Source: a candidate division FCPU426 bacterium (GTDB lineage: Bacteria > Oederibacteriota > Muellerivitia > Muellerivitales > Muellerivitaceae). From it: a stretch of DNA of 64,000 bases. A model generated the notes under the pieces. It had not been told where the DNA came from and made no database searches. It saw only the letters and a list, made by a program, of their open reading frames with translations. The stretch is taken from positions 160,001 through 224,000 of the forward strand of contig CAVYSE010000003.1 in the NCBI GenBank assembly GCA_963771075.1, read 5' to 3'. Both the position numbers and the translations under genes were made by a program. Shown piece after piece: positions 10,576 to 20,497 of this stretch. Within the stretch, counting starts at the first letter, position 1, and each line of letters opens with the position of its first letter.

Positions 10576-10601
10576 GTCCAATCCGGGTCCCCGTCGTGGA
10601 C
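10576..10601. repeat. 26-bp site R5: GTCCAATCCGGGTCCCCGTCGTGGAC
   Basis: Direct match; followed by AAGCTTAACC, as R4 is. Confidence 0.9.
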
Positions 10602-10613
10602 AAGCTTAACCGC

Positions 10614-10966
10614 TTATTCACGTACCCTCACCCGTCCTTTTTCAATAATCCACAACCGTTTATCTACCTGTTCTTTGGACAACAGATCCAATACGGGGCG
10701 GAAAAGTTCGACCATGGTTGGTTTGTCCTGGCGGTCAGACCGGATCACCATGATTCCAGGATATTTTTCCGGCGGGTAAGCCCGGATATCCGAAAAATCA
10801 AGGTCAGAGGTAATGAAGGCGCGGTTTTCGGCCAAGCAAACGACGGCTAAATTCGTATCAGGATGGCCGGTTAATTCTTGGTCTTTTACCGTAAGGGCGT
10901 CATGACCAGCTTGGATTAAAAGATGTTTGATCTCGAAAGGCAGGTTTTCATCGATTTTGAACTTCA

Positions 10967-10967
<1 letters not shown>
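10614..10967 (-). CDS. DUF5615 PIN-like toxin (VapC45-like)
   Basis: MKFKIDENLP..GHD..ITSDLDF. Confidence 0.85.
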
Positions 10968-11287
<320 letters not shown>

Positions 11288-11335
11288 TTAAACAACCCCT
11301 AAAGGCTAAAACCGGCTCTAATAGCACTATTACCT

Positions 11336-13314
11336 GCAGAGTAGAGCGCTGGCGCGTATGCCTTAGAGTACGGTGGCGAATCCAACCCTTTCGGATTGGG
11401 CCTCAGTCCGGCTCTCATCACCACGTTTCCAGCGCCCCCTCATCAAACCGTACGTGACCTTTTCGATCATACGGCTTTCCGACAACCTTTCAACCGGCAG
11501 CATTCAAGGCAAAAGCTGGAATCCAGTTCAAACCAAGGCGTTTCACTTCCTCGATCGACCATGTTCGTCCTTCCCAGGCGTACTTATGCCTCCGAAACAA
11601 AGTCAGCCTTTCGAGTACGTAAAATTGAAGCTTGGAAAAGTATGGCTGGCTGTCCCCAATTCGGAAATAGTTGGCCCACCCCCTTAACACCGGGTTCAAA
11701 GCCTTCGCTACATCCTCCATTGGAGATAAGAGCCGCTCTCGGCCCGCCGTCATCTGCTTCACTTTCTCGGCGATTTTCTTCATGGCCTTCCGGCTCGGCC
11801 AGCTCAGGCAACAGGTCTTACCCAATCCTACCACCGGCATACCTACTCGAAAGTGGAACCCAAGGAAGTCAAACCCTTCCTTCCCAGGCCCCATTTCCAC
11901 CAGCCGTGTCTTTTCGGGGTGCAGTTCAAGCCCTAGTCGTCCCATCAATTCCTTGATGACTTCCAGGCTCTTTTCCGCATGGGCTTGGCTTCCGCACAAC
12001 ACCACAAAATCGTCGGCGTAGCGCACCAGCCTACCCAGTTTCCTGTGCCTCTTATTCCAAACCTTGTCCAGCAAGTGAAGGTAAACATTGGATAACAGCG
12101 GTGAGATCACCCCGCCTTGCGGTGTCCCTCGGAGAGTCGGCGTAAGCCTTCCTTCCTCAAACACACCCGCCTTCAGCCACCCTCGGATCAGTTTCAAAAC
12201 CTTCCGGTCACTGATCCTCTGGCGCACCAGCACCATCAGTTTGTCGTGGTCGATGGAATCGAAATACTTCCGAATATCTCCATCCACCACCCATCTGTAC
12301 CCGCCATTGATCCACTTCTTGATCTCCCGGTGGGCCTGCTGGGCTCCGCGTTTTGGCCGAAATCCAAACGAGCCTTCCAGAAAGTCCGCCTCAAAGATGG
12401 GTTCCACCACCTTCCGGCAAGCCGCTTGAACTACCCGATCCCGAATTACCGGGATTCCCAACGGTCTCTTGCTTCCATCAGGCTTGGGTATTTCCACTCG
12501 TCTCACAGGTTTAGGCAGATACTTCCCAGCTTTGAGTTCTTCCTGGATGCCCTTCAGGAATGGAATAATTCCCACCTTCTCTTCGATCCATTCCAGCGTT
12601 TCCCCGTCCACTCCTCCTTGGCCTTTATTAGCCTTCACCTGTTTCCATGCCGCTGTCAGGACATCCCATCGGGTCATCCTGTCATGCAGTACATGAAATC
12701 TCCGGCTTGGGCTCCTCTTGGCCGCTCGGTATAGCGCCCTTTGAAGGGTTCGCGCCTTGTCTTCGGAGTTGTTGGCCCTTTGGGGCATGCTCCAGCGCCT
12801 CCCTTTTGAAGGTTGCTTGGTTGAAGCAGGGGTCCTTCCCTCCAGGTGGTTTTGTTGTCCACCCTTCACAGGTATTGTGACCCCCTCCGACTTCCTCCCG
12901 CCCTTGCCCCTTTTCGGTTTTAGCCTTATAGCGGCAAGTCTTTTGGCGGGTAGGATCTCCCAGGTTGCTTGCAAAGCCTTTCCAGCATTCCGTTCCCCAT
13001 ACGCCGGAGGACTTTCCCCGCTTGCTCCAGATTCTTCAGCGGGATCGTGGCCTTCGCCGGTAGACACGCGGCTCGGCATCCTCTTGCACCTTTCGGTGTC
13101 CCATTCACGACGCGGCAGGATTCACTTGATGTTGCGGACTGCTAGATTGTTCCCTCACTGAATGAGGTTTATGACCCCGTTTCGGGCAGAACCTCTCGGT
13201 CCTACGCCGGGGGCTGACTTCCAGGCTCTCTGGCGATTACCTGGTCAGGATTTGGGCTGGCCCTCTTCGGCCTACTCCCTCACCTGCTGGCTCTACAAAC
13301 CTTCGCTGGCACGA
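11336..13314 (-). mobile_element. Complete group II intron
   Basis: Domain V AAGCCGTATGATCGAAAAGGTCACGTACGGTTT (~11446-11478), domain VI ending CCAGCGCTCTACTCTGC, intact RT; ends uncertain by a few nt. Confidence 0.9.
11490..12788 (-). CDS. ltrA: Group II intron RT/maturase without endonuclease domain
   Basis: RPLGIP..DRVVQ, PQGGVISPLLSNVYL, YADD, domain X LNPVLRGWANYF. Confidence 0.95.
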   Translation of the reverse strand: MPQRANNSEDKARTLQRALYRAAKRSPSRRFHVLHDRMTRWDVLTAAWKQVKANKGQGGVDGETLEWIEEKVGIIPFLKGIQEELKAGKYLPKPVRRVEIPKPDGSKRPLGIPVIRDRVVQAACRKVVEPIFEADFLEGSFGFRPKRGAQQAHREIKKWINGGYRWVVDGDIRKYFDSIDHDKLMVLVRQRISDRKVLKLIRGWLKAGVFEEGRLTPTLRGTPQGGVISPLLSNVYLHLLDKVWNKRHRKLGRLVRYADDFVVLCGSQAHAEKSLEVIKELMGRLGLELHPEKTRLVEMGPGKEGFDFLGFHFRVGMPVVGLGKTCCLSWPSRKAMKKIAEKVKQMTAGRERLLSPMEDVAKALNPVLRGWANYFRIGDSQPYFSKLQFYVLERLTLFRRHKYAWEGRTWSIEEVKRLGLNWIPAFALNAAG

Positions 13315-13315
13315 T

Positions 13316-13341
13316 GTCCACGAAGGGTCCCCGTTGTGGAC
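13316..13341. repeat. 26-bp site R6: GTCCACGAAGGGTCCCCGTTGTGGAC
   Basis: Direct match to consensus. Confidence 0.9.
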
Positions 13342-13386
13342 GGCAAATTCACTTCAAAATAGTAATAGTGGCCTGACACCTTTTTC

Positions 13387-13842
13387 TTAGTCTAAAATCT
13401 TTCGCATTTGCCTGCAATCTTCCGCAATCCCGGTAAGCTCATCCGCATCCCAGTCATAAAATTCCCAGCCCAATTTTTTGTAGAATCCCAAAGCCTCAGG
13501 CGCGGCATTCACATATAAAGTCTTAATCCCAAAGTCGCGCGCATACTTTTCCACCAAAGAAGATAATTGGCGTCCGTGACCACTCCTTTGGTAATCATCT
13601 GATATGGCAACCAGTCGTACCGCGCCATAGCCATCTCTAAAATCATCTAAGCGGGTAGTACCAACAGGGATGTTATTGAGCAACAATAGAAGCGGGTGAT
13701 GATTCGGCAGATATTCATCCTCATGCATTTCATCGTAGTCTTGTTTTCCACGATTTTCCCACAGCACTTTATGGCGAATGTCGTGATATGCCTGCCAATG
13801 GTTCAAAGCGGTAACTTTTATGAGTTCATAGTTTTTTTGCAT
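13387..13842 (-). CDS. GNAT N-acetyltransferase
   Basis: VRLVAIS..YQRSGHG, NA..A.GFYKKLGW. Confidence 0.85.
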   Translation of the reverse strand: MQKNYELIKVTALNHWQAYHDIRHKVLWENRGKQDYDEMHEDEYLPNHHPLLLLLNNIPVGTTRLDDFRDGYGAVRLVAISDDYQRSGHGRQLSSLVEKYARDFGIKTLYVNAAPEALGFYKKLGWEFYDWDADELTGIAEDCRQMRKILD

Positions 13843-13915
13843 TTTCGAACCTAACAAACCGTAATTCAAAAGTATTTTTAAAAAAGGGACAGACCAACAT
13901 TAACCATTTTTCCCT

Positions 13916-13941
13916 GTCCAATGCGGCTCCCCATCGTGGAC
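13916..13941. repeat. 26-bp site R7: GTCCAATGCGGCTCCCCATCGTGGAC
   Basis: One difference from R3. Confidence 0.9.
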
Positions 13942-13953
13942 AGGTCCATCCTG

Positions 13954-14376
13954 TTATTGCCCACTCTTGACTACTTTGGTGATCTTAACAGAGTCGATGC
14001 AGACAAATTGCATGACCCCTTTTTGATAGGGCGTACAGGGGCATACCGTGAAGATTCCATAAACCTCAGCGCCCAAATCATCCCTGAAAATCGCATCTAA
14101 ATTTTCTGGAGTGGGAGCTTCACCACGCACACCCAATACCCTCTGGGTTCCAATCATCCAAATCTTCATTGATGTAAGATTGGCGCCAAAACGTGCCCGT
14201 CCCCTAAAAGAAAAGCATTTTCCAACAACCCTGGGGTCGCTATGACAGGGGCCTTTGAATTCCATGTAGGAGTCTACTGTCGGGGTGGCAGTGGCACTAT
14301 CAGCACTGACGGGGTGTTTCAACCCCACGCACAAAAGAAGAAGAGTTATAGAAATAATATTTATTTTTTTCATCAC
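13954..14376 (-). CDS. Secreted Cys-containing hypothetical protein
   Basis: N-terminal signal peptide; C..CF.FRGR..CP.TP...MQFVCI. Confidence 0.7.
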   Translation of the reverse strand: MMKKINIISITLLLLCVGLKHPVSADSATATPTVDSYMEFKGPCHSDPRVVGKCFSFRGRARFGANLTSMKIWMIGTQRVLGVRGEAPTPENLDAIFRDDLGAEVYGIFTVCPCTPYQKGVMQFVCIDSVKITKVVKSGQ

Positions 14377-14399
14377 GTCTCACTTCTCCAATTTTGTCT

Positions 14400-14425
14400 G
14401 TCCACGATGGGTCCCCATCGTGGAC
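14400..14425. repeat. 26-bp site R8 (perfect arms): GTCCACGATGGGTCCCCATCGTGGAC
   Basis: 12-bp perfect inverted arms around TC. Confidence 0.95.
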
Positions 14426-14430
14426 AAGGA

Positions 14431-14787
14431 TTAAGCCCTGCGAACCCGAACCTTTTGATTTGTGGCTACGACATTGCAACCAGCCCAAGTGGAGACATCT
14501 TCACTTTCAAAAATCTCCACAATGCGTTTAAACAGGTCTTCGCGGCTAGGATCAATAAGTCGGATGAGTAGAACGCCATGGTGGGTTCCCGGGGAATGGC
14601 TTCGTATGTCGGAGAAATACAAATCCTGTGATACTAGAAAGCGCTTGGCTTCCTGGGCGGCCTTCCAAACGCTTGGATCGTCCTTGCCCTTCAGGCTCTC
14701 TTGGAGGACGGTATCCACGTCATGGCCGAGCCGGGTAAGGGGTTCACTTAAATCGGCGGGAAGGTTCTCATCCAGCTTTATTTTCAT
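14431..14787 (-). CDS. DUF5615 PIN-like toxin
   Basis: MKIKLDENLP..GHDVDTV; paralog of 10614-10967. Confidence 0.85.
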   Translation of the reverse strand: MKIKLDENLPADLSEPLTRLGHDVDTVLQESLKGKDDPSVWKAAQEAKRFLVSQDLYFSDIRSHSPGTHHGVLLIRLIDPSREDLFKRIVEIFESEDVSTWAGCNVVATNQKVRVRRA

Positions 14788-14796
14788 GTGGTGGAA

Positions 14797-15033
14797 TTAG
14801 ACGGTTGGGACGGCGGGAACGGGCAGGTCTTCCTCAGCAGAAGATGCGGCATAAGAAATGACGGAGGTTACCGCCTCACGTGTTAACGAGGGAAAAGATT
14901 TAAGCACTTGATCCATGCTGTCACCGGCGGCAAGGCTGGCTAAAACAGTCCTAAGAGTTACCCTCGTGCCTTTAATGACGGGTTGGCCGTTACAGATTTT
15001 TGGGTCTCTAACGATAAAGTCCGTGTGATTCAT
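14797..15033 (-). CDS. DUF433 antitoxin
   Basis: DPKICNGQPVIKGTRVT...FPSLT. Confidence 0.9.
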   Translation of the reverse strand: MNHTDFIVRDPKICNGQPVIKGTRVTLRTVLASLAAGDSMDQVLKSFPSLTREAVTSVISYAASSAEEDLPVPAVPTV

Positions 15034-15159
15034 AACCCCTCCTCATCAACTGAAGTTATTTTAGGCATGATGCCATGGGGGAACAAGTGGCTGTGTAGTA
15101 AGTGGCCCTTATGCAATATAACCAGCCCAAAAGGAGGTATATTTACAATCAATTTAGGT

Positions 15160-15185
15160 GTCCACGATGGGTCCCCATCGTGGAC
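15160..15185. repeat. 26-bp site R9 (identical to R8)
   Basis: GTCCACGATGGGTCCCCATCGTGGAC. Confidence 0.95.
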
Positions 15186-15230
15186 TAGCTTCAACGTCAG
15201 GTGTCGGAAATAACTTTCATGGGATCGGGT

Positions 15231-16934
15231 TCAACGGATCACTAGGATCTTCAGGATTTTTGACGACTGGACCGGGCCGGTGACCTGGACCCTCAAGTAA
15301 TAAAGCCCGTTGGCCACGGGTGAGGCCCAAGAGTCTTTCAAATTCCAAGACAAAATCGTATTAGTGCCGGAGACGGATTGGGGATGATCCAGGATTTTGC
15401 GGTAAGCCGTCGTGAAAACGCTCCATTCGATCATGGAATCGGCGGGAAACCACAGGGGAATAAGAACCGGCCCGTTACCGCTGGGGTTGGGATAGGGGTT
15501 GCCGACCATCACGCTCGTAACGACCGGGATTGCCGTGGCGGTGGAAGTGTTAGCTGGCCCCGGCGTGTCCGTGGGTGTACCCAATGGCGTAGCCGTCGAC
15601 GTGTTCGTGGGGCTCGGCGTGGCGGTGGGTGTTCCCGTGGCACTATTGGAAGCCGTTGGCGTCGGACTGTTCGTGGCCGTTTGAGTCGGCGTTTCCGTGG
15701 AGGTAGGAGTACCCGTATCTATGGAAGAAACGGTATAGACCGGAGTGGAAGTCCAGCTGGCGGTGAGGGACGCCGTCCCAGTGGGTGTCATAGAACCTGT
15801 CGGAGTCTGGGAGGTTGTCGCGCTTGGCGTCATCGTACCCGTGGGGGTAAAGGATAAGGTGGAAGTCGATGTGAAGGAGGCGGTGTTGGAAGGCGTGGTG
15901 GGCAGGGTCGCGGCCCAGGTGGGAGTGGGGGTGACCGTGAAGGAAGAAGTTGGCGTTAGGGTGAGGGTCGGGCTGGGTGTCGCGGTGGAGGTAGCGGTCG
16001 GGGTCGAGGTCAGGGTGGGCGAGGGGGTGGGGGTATCCGGTTCGTAGGCCCGCACGTAATCCACCAGCATGGTCTGGGGAAAGGATGTGGTGGCGTCCGG
16101 TTTGCCGGGCCAGTTCCCGCCCACGGCCATGTTCAACAGGAAAAAGAAGGTGTTGTTGAATTCGTAGGTGCCCCCGGCGGAGGCGGCACCGGCGGAAGTC
16201 TGGGTCTCATAAAGCGTATCGTCCACGTAAAACTGCACCTGGTTGGCCTGCCAAAGGATCCCGAAGGTGTGGTAGGCGTTGTGGTAAAGCGCCCCGGCCG
16301 GAAGCGTGTAGATGGCGCTGGGGTTCCAGTTGGGCGCGTGCAGGGAGCCGTGGTTGTTCCCCTGGTCCGCGGGGTTGCCGTTGTAGGTGGCGGGGTTGCC
16401 GATGTTCTCCATGATGTCCATCTCGCCGCAGTTCGGCCAGGCGGTGCCGGAGTTGATGCTGGTGCCCAGCATCCAAAAGGCCGGCCAGATGCCGTCGCCA
16501 TAGGGCATTTGGATTCGCGCCTCCATGTAGCCGTACTGGAAGGTGACGCCCTGGAAACCCGACGCGTTCGACAAGAGGCGCGCGGAAGTGTAACGCCCCA
16601 CCGTGCCGTAGTTGGCGTTGCCGGGAGTGGTATCAATGGCGATGATCGCGAGGGATTTGCCGTCGGTGGCGTTGGGATCGGAGACGATTTGGGCGTTGGC
16701 GGTGCTGTTGGTGTAGTTTTCCAGCTCGTTGTTGCCCCAGCCCGAATCGCCCGTGTTGTAGGTCCAGTTGGAAGAATTGGGGGCGCTTCCCACGGTGCCG
16801 TTGAATTCATCGCTCCAAACCTGGCTGTAACCGGCGGGCGCGGCTGAGCCAAGGCCGGCCATGGCCCAAAAGGCCAGGACCGGTGGAAGCAACAATAACC
16901 TGAGGGAAAATTGATTTTCGGAAGGTTGTTTCAA
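15231..16934 (-). CDS. Secreted GH16 beta-1,3-glucanase with Thr/Pro-rich linker and C-terminal sorting-like domain
   Basis: WSDEF, WPAFWM, catalytic EMDIME, NMAVGGNWPG; TPT repeats; PYPNP...NGLYY..KILVIR. Confidence 0.9.
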   Translation of the reverse strand: MKQPSENQFSLRLLLLPPVLAFWAMAGLGSAAPAGYSQVWSDEFNGTVGSAPNSSNWTYNTGDSGWGNNELENYTNSTANAQIVSDPNATDGKSLAIIAIDTTPGNANYGTVGRYTSARLLSNASGFQGVTFQYGYMEARIQMPYGDGIWPAFWMLGTSINSGTAWPNCGEMDIMENIGNPATYNGNPADQGNNHGSLHAPNWNPSAIYTLPAGALYHNAYHTFGILWQANQVQFYVDDTLYETQTSAGAASAGGTYEFNNTFFFLLNMAVGGNWPGKPDATTSFPQTMLVDYVRAYEPDTPTPSPTLTSTPTATSTATPSPTLTLTPTSSFTVTPTPTWAATLPTTPSNTASFTSTSTLSFTPTGTMTPSATTSQTPTGSMTPTGTASLTASWTSTPVYTVSSIDTGTPTSTETPTQTATNSPTPTASNSATGTPTATPSPTNTSTATPLGTPTDTPGPANTSTATAIPVVTSVMVGNPYPNPSGNGPVLIPLWFPADSMIEWSVFTTAYRKILDHPQSVSGTNTILSWNLKDSWASPVANGLYYLRVQVTGPVQSSKILKILVIR

Positions 16935-17185
16935 CGCTTACCCCGAGCGGGGTTACCACCCATGAAAATAGGGATCAGTCCACCATGACCCTTTTTAAAG
17001 CCACACCCCTGGAGCCGCTCACAGATCAGTATATTTCTTATCGCTTCCCTTCGCCTTTGAATTCCAGTTCCCAGCCCTTCGAGAGCCTCAGAACAAAGGG
17101 CCCGACCCTTTTATTTAAAAGCTATAACAAAACTCGACTTTGGAAAATCTTGAAAGAAACGCCGTGAAGATCAATTTCCCCCTTG

Positions 17186-17207
17186 TTCCCCCTCTTTCAG
17201 AGGGGGA
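17186..17207. repeat. Short intergenic palindrome TCCCCCTCTTTCAGAGGGGGA (second copy at 40252)
   Basis: Near-identical hairpin at two intergenic loci. Confidence 0.5.
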
Positions 17208-17614
17208 GGCATTGTGTGTCCCTACTGAATTTGCCAAAGTTGAGAACAAAACCTAATTTCATCACAGGCCGCCTTTGGCGGCCACAGAGGCACAGAAAAA
17301 AATCTTTCTTCATTCAAGGAATCTTAAACCCATTGTCCGGGTTTACTGTTTCCCCTTTCGCCCAAAAGGCGAAAGAAATCGGGACAATACCGACCCCATT
17401 TAATGTCTCATAGATGGTCGGCATGTGTCTTCGGGTCTCTGTGGCAAATTTGGGTTTTGTTAGAGATTCATAGGAGTGTTGAGCGTTCTTGACCCTTTTG
17501 ATCAATTTGATCCAAATTCGATCCCGATCCCAAAATAATAGGCAGAATTCCCCAAACAATCCCCTATTAACGATTTAAAATAAACCCGTTCACCAACCCA
17601 GCCCGCGGGAAAAC

Positions 17615-20497
17615 ATGACCGATCCAATACCCCTTCACAAAACCCGCCCCTTTTGGGTGGGGATCACCCTCGTCCTCCTCGCCTTTTCGGGGATCTGGAT
17701 CTATACCTTCGTGACCATCAACCGGCACCAGGATTCCTCGATATGGGTGGATCAAACTTACGAAGCCCTCTCGGCGCTCCAGAAAATCCCCGCGGACCTG
17801 CGGTCGATGGAAAGCGGGGAGCGGGGTTTTCTCCTATTACATGACGCCGGTTATCTCTCGTCCTATTCCGCCGGCCAGCGTTCCGTCCAAACCGATCTTC
17901 TCAAGGCGCGCGACCATTCCCCCGACATCCCCGAACTCACGGCGCTCTTTAACCGGCTCAATCCGCTGGTCGGGGAAAAGCTATCCAGTATGAAACAACT
18001 GGTTTCCCTGGGCCGGAAAGGTCGGTATGAGGAGGCCCTCGCCCAGGCCCAAAAAGGCCGGGGAAAGAACATCATGGACCGGCTGGGTATCATCGTCTCG
18101 AATATCCAGTCACTGGAATTCCAGTTCCTCCAAAACCGGAAATCACTGGAATACCAGACCATGGAAAGGGAATTGTGGACCCTGCTCTTCTCGGGGACCA
18201 GCGTGATCCTCCTGCTTTTGGCCGGGAGCGGATTTTTTCTCCGCCAATCGCGCCTTGCCCAAGCCACCGCCCTCAAGCTCCAATCCAGCGAAAAAAGGTT
18301 CAATTCCCTTCTCCAATCCACCACCGACTCCTTCATCACCGCCAACGGTGAAGGGACCATCATGGACGTGAATCCCGCCACCGAAATCCTCTTTGGCTTC
18401 ATGAAAAAGGAACTGGTCGGCCAGCCGATGGAGATCCTCCTGGAAGCGCCTCCCCAGGATGGGAATACCGCCAAGCCTTTTGAGCGATTCCTGTCCTCCG
18501 TGCAAGCTTCCAGCAGCGCGGGCGCCATGGAAATAAGCATGAGGCGCAGGGACCGGACCGTATTTCCGGCCGAGGTTTCCCTGGCCGCCTGGAAAAGCCC
18601 CGAGGAGACCTTCTACACCATCATTTCCAGGGACATCAGCGAGAGGAAATTCTTCACCAAGATGCTCATGAAAAACGAGCACCGCCTATTCCAGTTCCTG
18701 GAGGCCATCCCGGTGGGTATTTTCGTCCTGGACCGGGTCGGGAAACCCTACTACGCGAACCAGGCCGCCAAGGATCTCTTCCCCAAGAGGGTGGACGCGA
18801 GGATACAGCCGGAGCAATTCGCCCAGGCCTACGGGCTTTACCGGGCGGACCAAAAGACTTTTTACCCCTCCCTCCAGCTGCCCCTGATCCGCGCCCTCGA
18901 GGGGGAGAAATCCGCAGTGGACGACCTGGAGCTCCGGGACGGCGAAAGGGAAATTCCCCTGCAAGCCTGGGGCGTGCCGATCCTGGATGAGGCCGGCAAG
19001 GTGAAATATTGCGTGGGGGTATTCCTCGATATCACCCAGCGGCGCCAAAGCATGCGCGCCCTCCAGGAACGGGAGGAATTTTTCCGGACCCTGTTTGACG
19101 AGAGCCCGATCGGCATGACCCTCGCCTTCCCCGATTCCTCCCTGATCAACGTCAACCGGGCCTTCACCCAGCTCACCGGTTATACCTCCGATGAGTTGGT
19201 GGGGCGTTCCTACCGGGAGCTTTCCCATCCCATCGACGCGGCGGCGGAAGCCGATTACGACTTGAAGTTGTTCGAGAGGAGTATCCCGCAATATTCCATC
19301 GAAAAGCGCCTCCTCACGAAAGCGGGGCAGGCCCTGTGGTGCAAAAAATCCTCCTCCGTGATCCTCGACGCCAATGACGAACCCTTGTTCCTCCTGGGCA
19401 TGGTGGAAAACATCAACGACCAGAAGGAAGCCGAGATCGCCCTGAAAAACAGCGAGGAGCAGTTCCGGAAGGTCTTTGAAAAAAGCCCCCTGGGCATGGT
19501 TTTCGCCGACATGAACGGGAACCCCTTGGACGCCAATCAATCCTTCTGCCGGATGCTGGGCTTCACCCGCGAGGAGCTTCTTAAGAAAAACCTGCAGGAC
19601 GTGACCTATCCCGAGGACCGTCCGATCAGCCGGTCCATCCCCCTGCAGGAACCCCATTCCCCCAACCACAGCTTTGAGTTCCGCTCGGTGGCCAAGGACG
19701 GACGGGTGGTTTGGACCAAGGTCGTTCCCCTGGTCATGGAGGATAACGGGAAGGTGAAGGTGCTTAGCATCGTGGAGGATGTCACCGAGCGGAAACAGGT
19801 GGACGAAATGAAGCGCGACCTCCTGGCGGTGGTTTCCCACCAGCTCAAGACCCCGGTGGCGGAGATCAACGGCTACCTGGAAAACCTCCTGGATGGGGTG
19901 GCCGGCCACCTGTCGGAAAAACAGCGCGAGTACCTGACCGACATGCGGGAGATCGGTGTTGAAAACTACCGGCTGATCACGGACCTTCTGAACATGTCCA
20001 AGATCGAGAGGGGCGTGGCCTCGGTCAACCTGCAATCCGCCTCCCTTTGGAGGATATTGGAACTTTCCCTGAGGGATTACGAGGCCTCCATCCAGCGCAA
20101 GGGACTGGACTTGCGCCTGGATAAGGGTCCGGTCGACCTCGAATTATGGGCCGACCAGGACAAGACCTCGGAGGCACTGCGTAACATCATCAACAATGCC
20201 TTGAAATGCACCGACCGCGGCTATATCGCCATTCATGCCCGGGAAGAAGGCGAATTCGGGGTCATCGAGGTGAAAGACACGGGAATCGGCATGAAACCCG
20301 AAGTTTTGAACCGTCTTTTCACCAAGGAAAGGGTCATGGGGACGGAGGCCACCCGTTCGGGCTCCGGCCTAGGCCTTTTTATCGCCCGCAGCTTCCTCCA
20401 GTTGCAAGGCGGGGACATCACCGTGGAATCAAAAGAAGGCCAAGGAAGCCTCTTTAGGATTAAAATACCCAAGTTGAAAAGGAGCGGCCATGCCTAA
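17615..20497 (+). CDS. Sensor histidine kinase, CHASE3 + multiple PAS + HisKA/HATPase
   Basis: MESGERGFLL (CHASE3), repeated DISERK/DITQRR/DVTERK PAC ends, SHQLKTP, N-box NNALK, DTGIG, GSGLGL. Confidence 0.95.
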   Translation: MTDPIPLHKTRPFWVGITLVLLAFSGIWIYTFVTINRHQDSSIWVDQTYEALSALQKIPADLRSMESGERGFLLLHDAGYLSSYSAGQRSVQTDLLKARDHSPDIPELTALFNRLNPLVGEKLSSMKQLVSLGRKGRYEEALAQAQKGRGKNIMDRLGIIVSNIQSLEFQFLQNRKSLEYQTMERELWTLLFSGTSVILLLLAGSGFFLRQSRLAQATALKLQSSEKRFNSLLQSTTDSFITANGEGTIMDVNPATEILFGFMKKELVGQPMEILLEAPPQDGNTAKPFERFLSSVQASSSAGAMEISMRRRDRTVFPAEVSLAAWKSPEETFYTIISRDISERKFFTKMLMKNEHRLFQFLEAIPVGIFVLDRVGKPYYANQAAKDLFPKRVDARIQPEQFAQAYGLYRADQKTFYPSLQLPLIRALEGEKSAVDDLELRDGEREIPLQAWGVPILDEAGKVKYCVGVFLDITQRRQSMRALQEREEFFRTLFDESPIGMTLAFPDSSLINVNRAFTQLTGYTSDELVGRSYRELSHPIDAAAEADYDLKLFERSIPQYSIEKRLLTKAGQALWCKKSSSVILDANDEPLFLLGMVENINDQKEAEIALKNSEEQFRKVFEKSPLGMVFADMNGNPLDANQSFCRMLGFTREELLKKNLQDVTYPEDRPISRSIPLQEPHSPNHSFEFRSVAKDGRVVWTKVVPLVMEDNGKVKVLSIVEDVTERKQVDEMKRDLLAVVSHQLKTPVAEINGYLENLLDGVAGHLSEKQREYLTDMREIGVENYRLITDLLNMSKIERGVASVNLQSASLWRILELSLRDYEASIQRKGLDLRLDKGPVDLELWADQDKTSEALRNIINNALKCTDRGYIAIHAREEGEFGVIEVKDTGIGMKPEVLNRLFTKERVMGTEATRSGSGLGLFIARSFLQLQGGDITVESKEGQGSLFRIKIPKLKRSGHA

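Noticed and set aside
17332..17386. Imperfect hairpin TTGTCC…TTTCGCC/GGCGAAA…GGACAA as a further cassette site or riboswitch
   Set aside because: Wrong length, no GGGTCCCC core and no riboswitch consensus I recognise.
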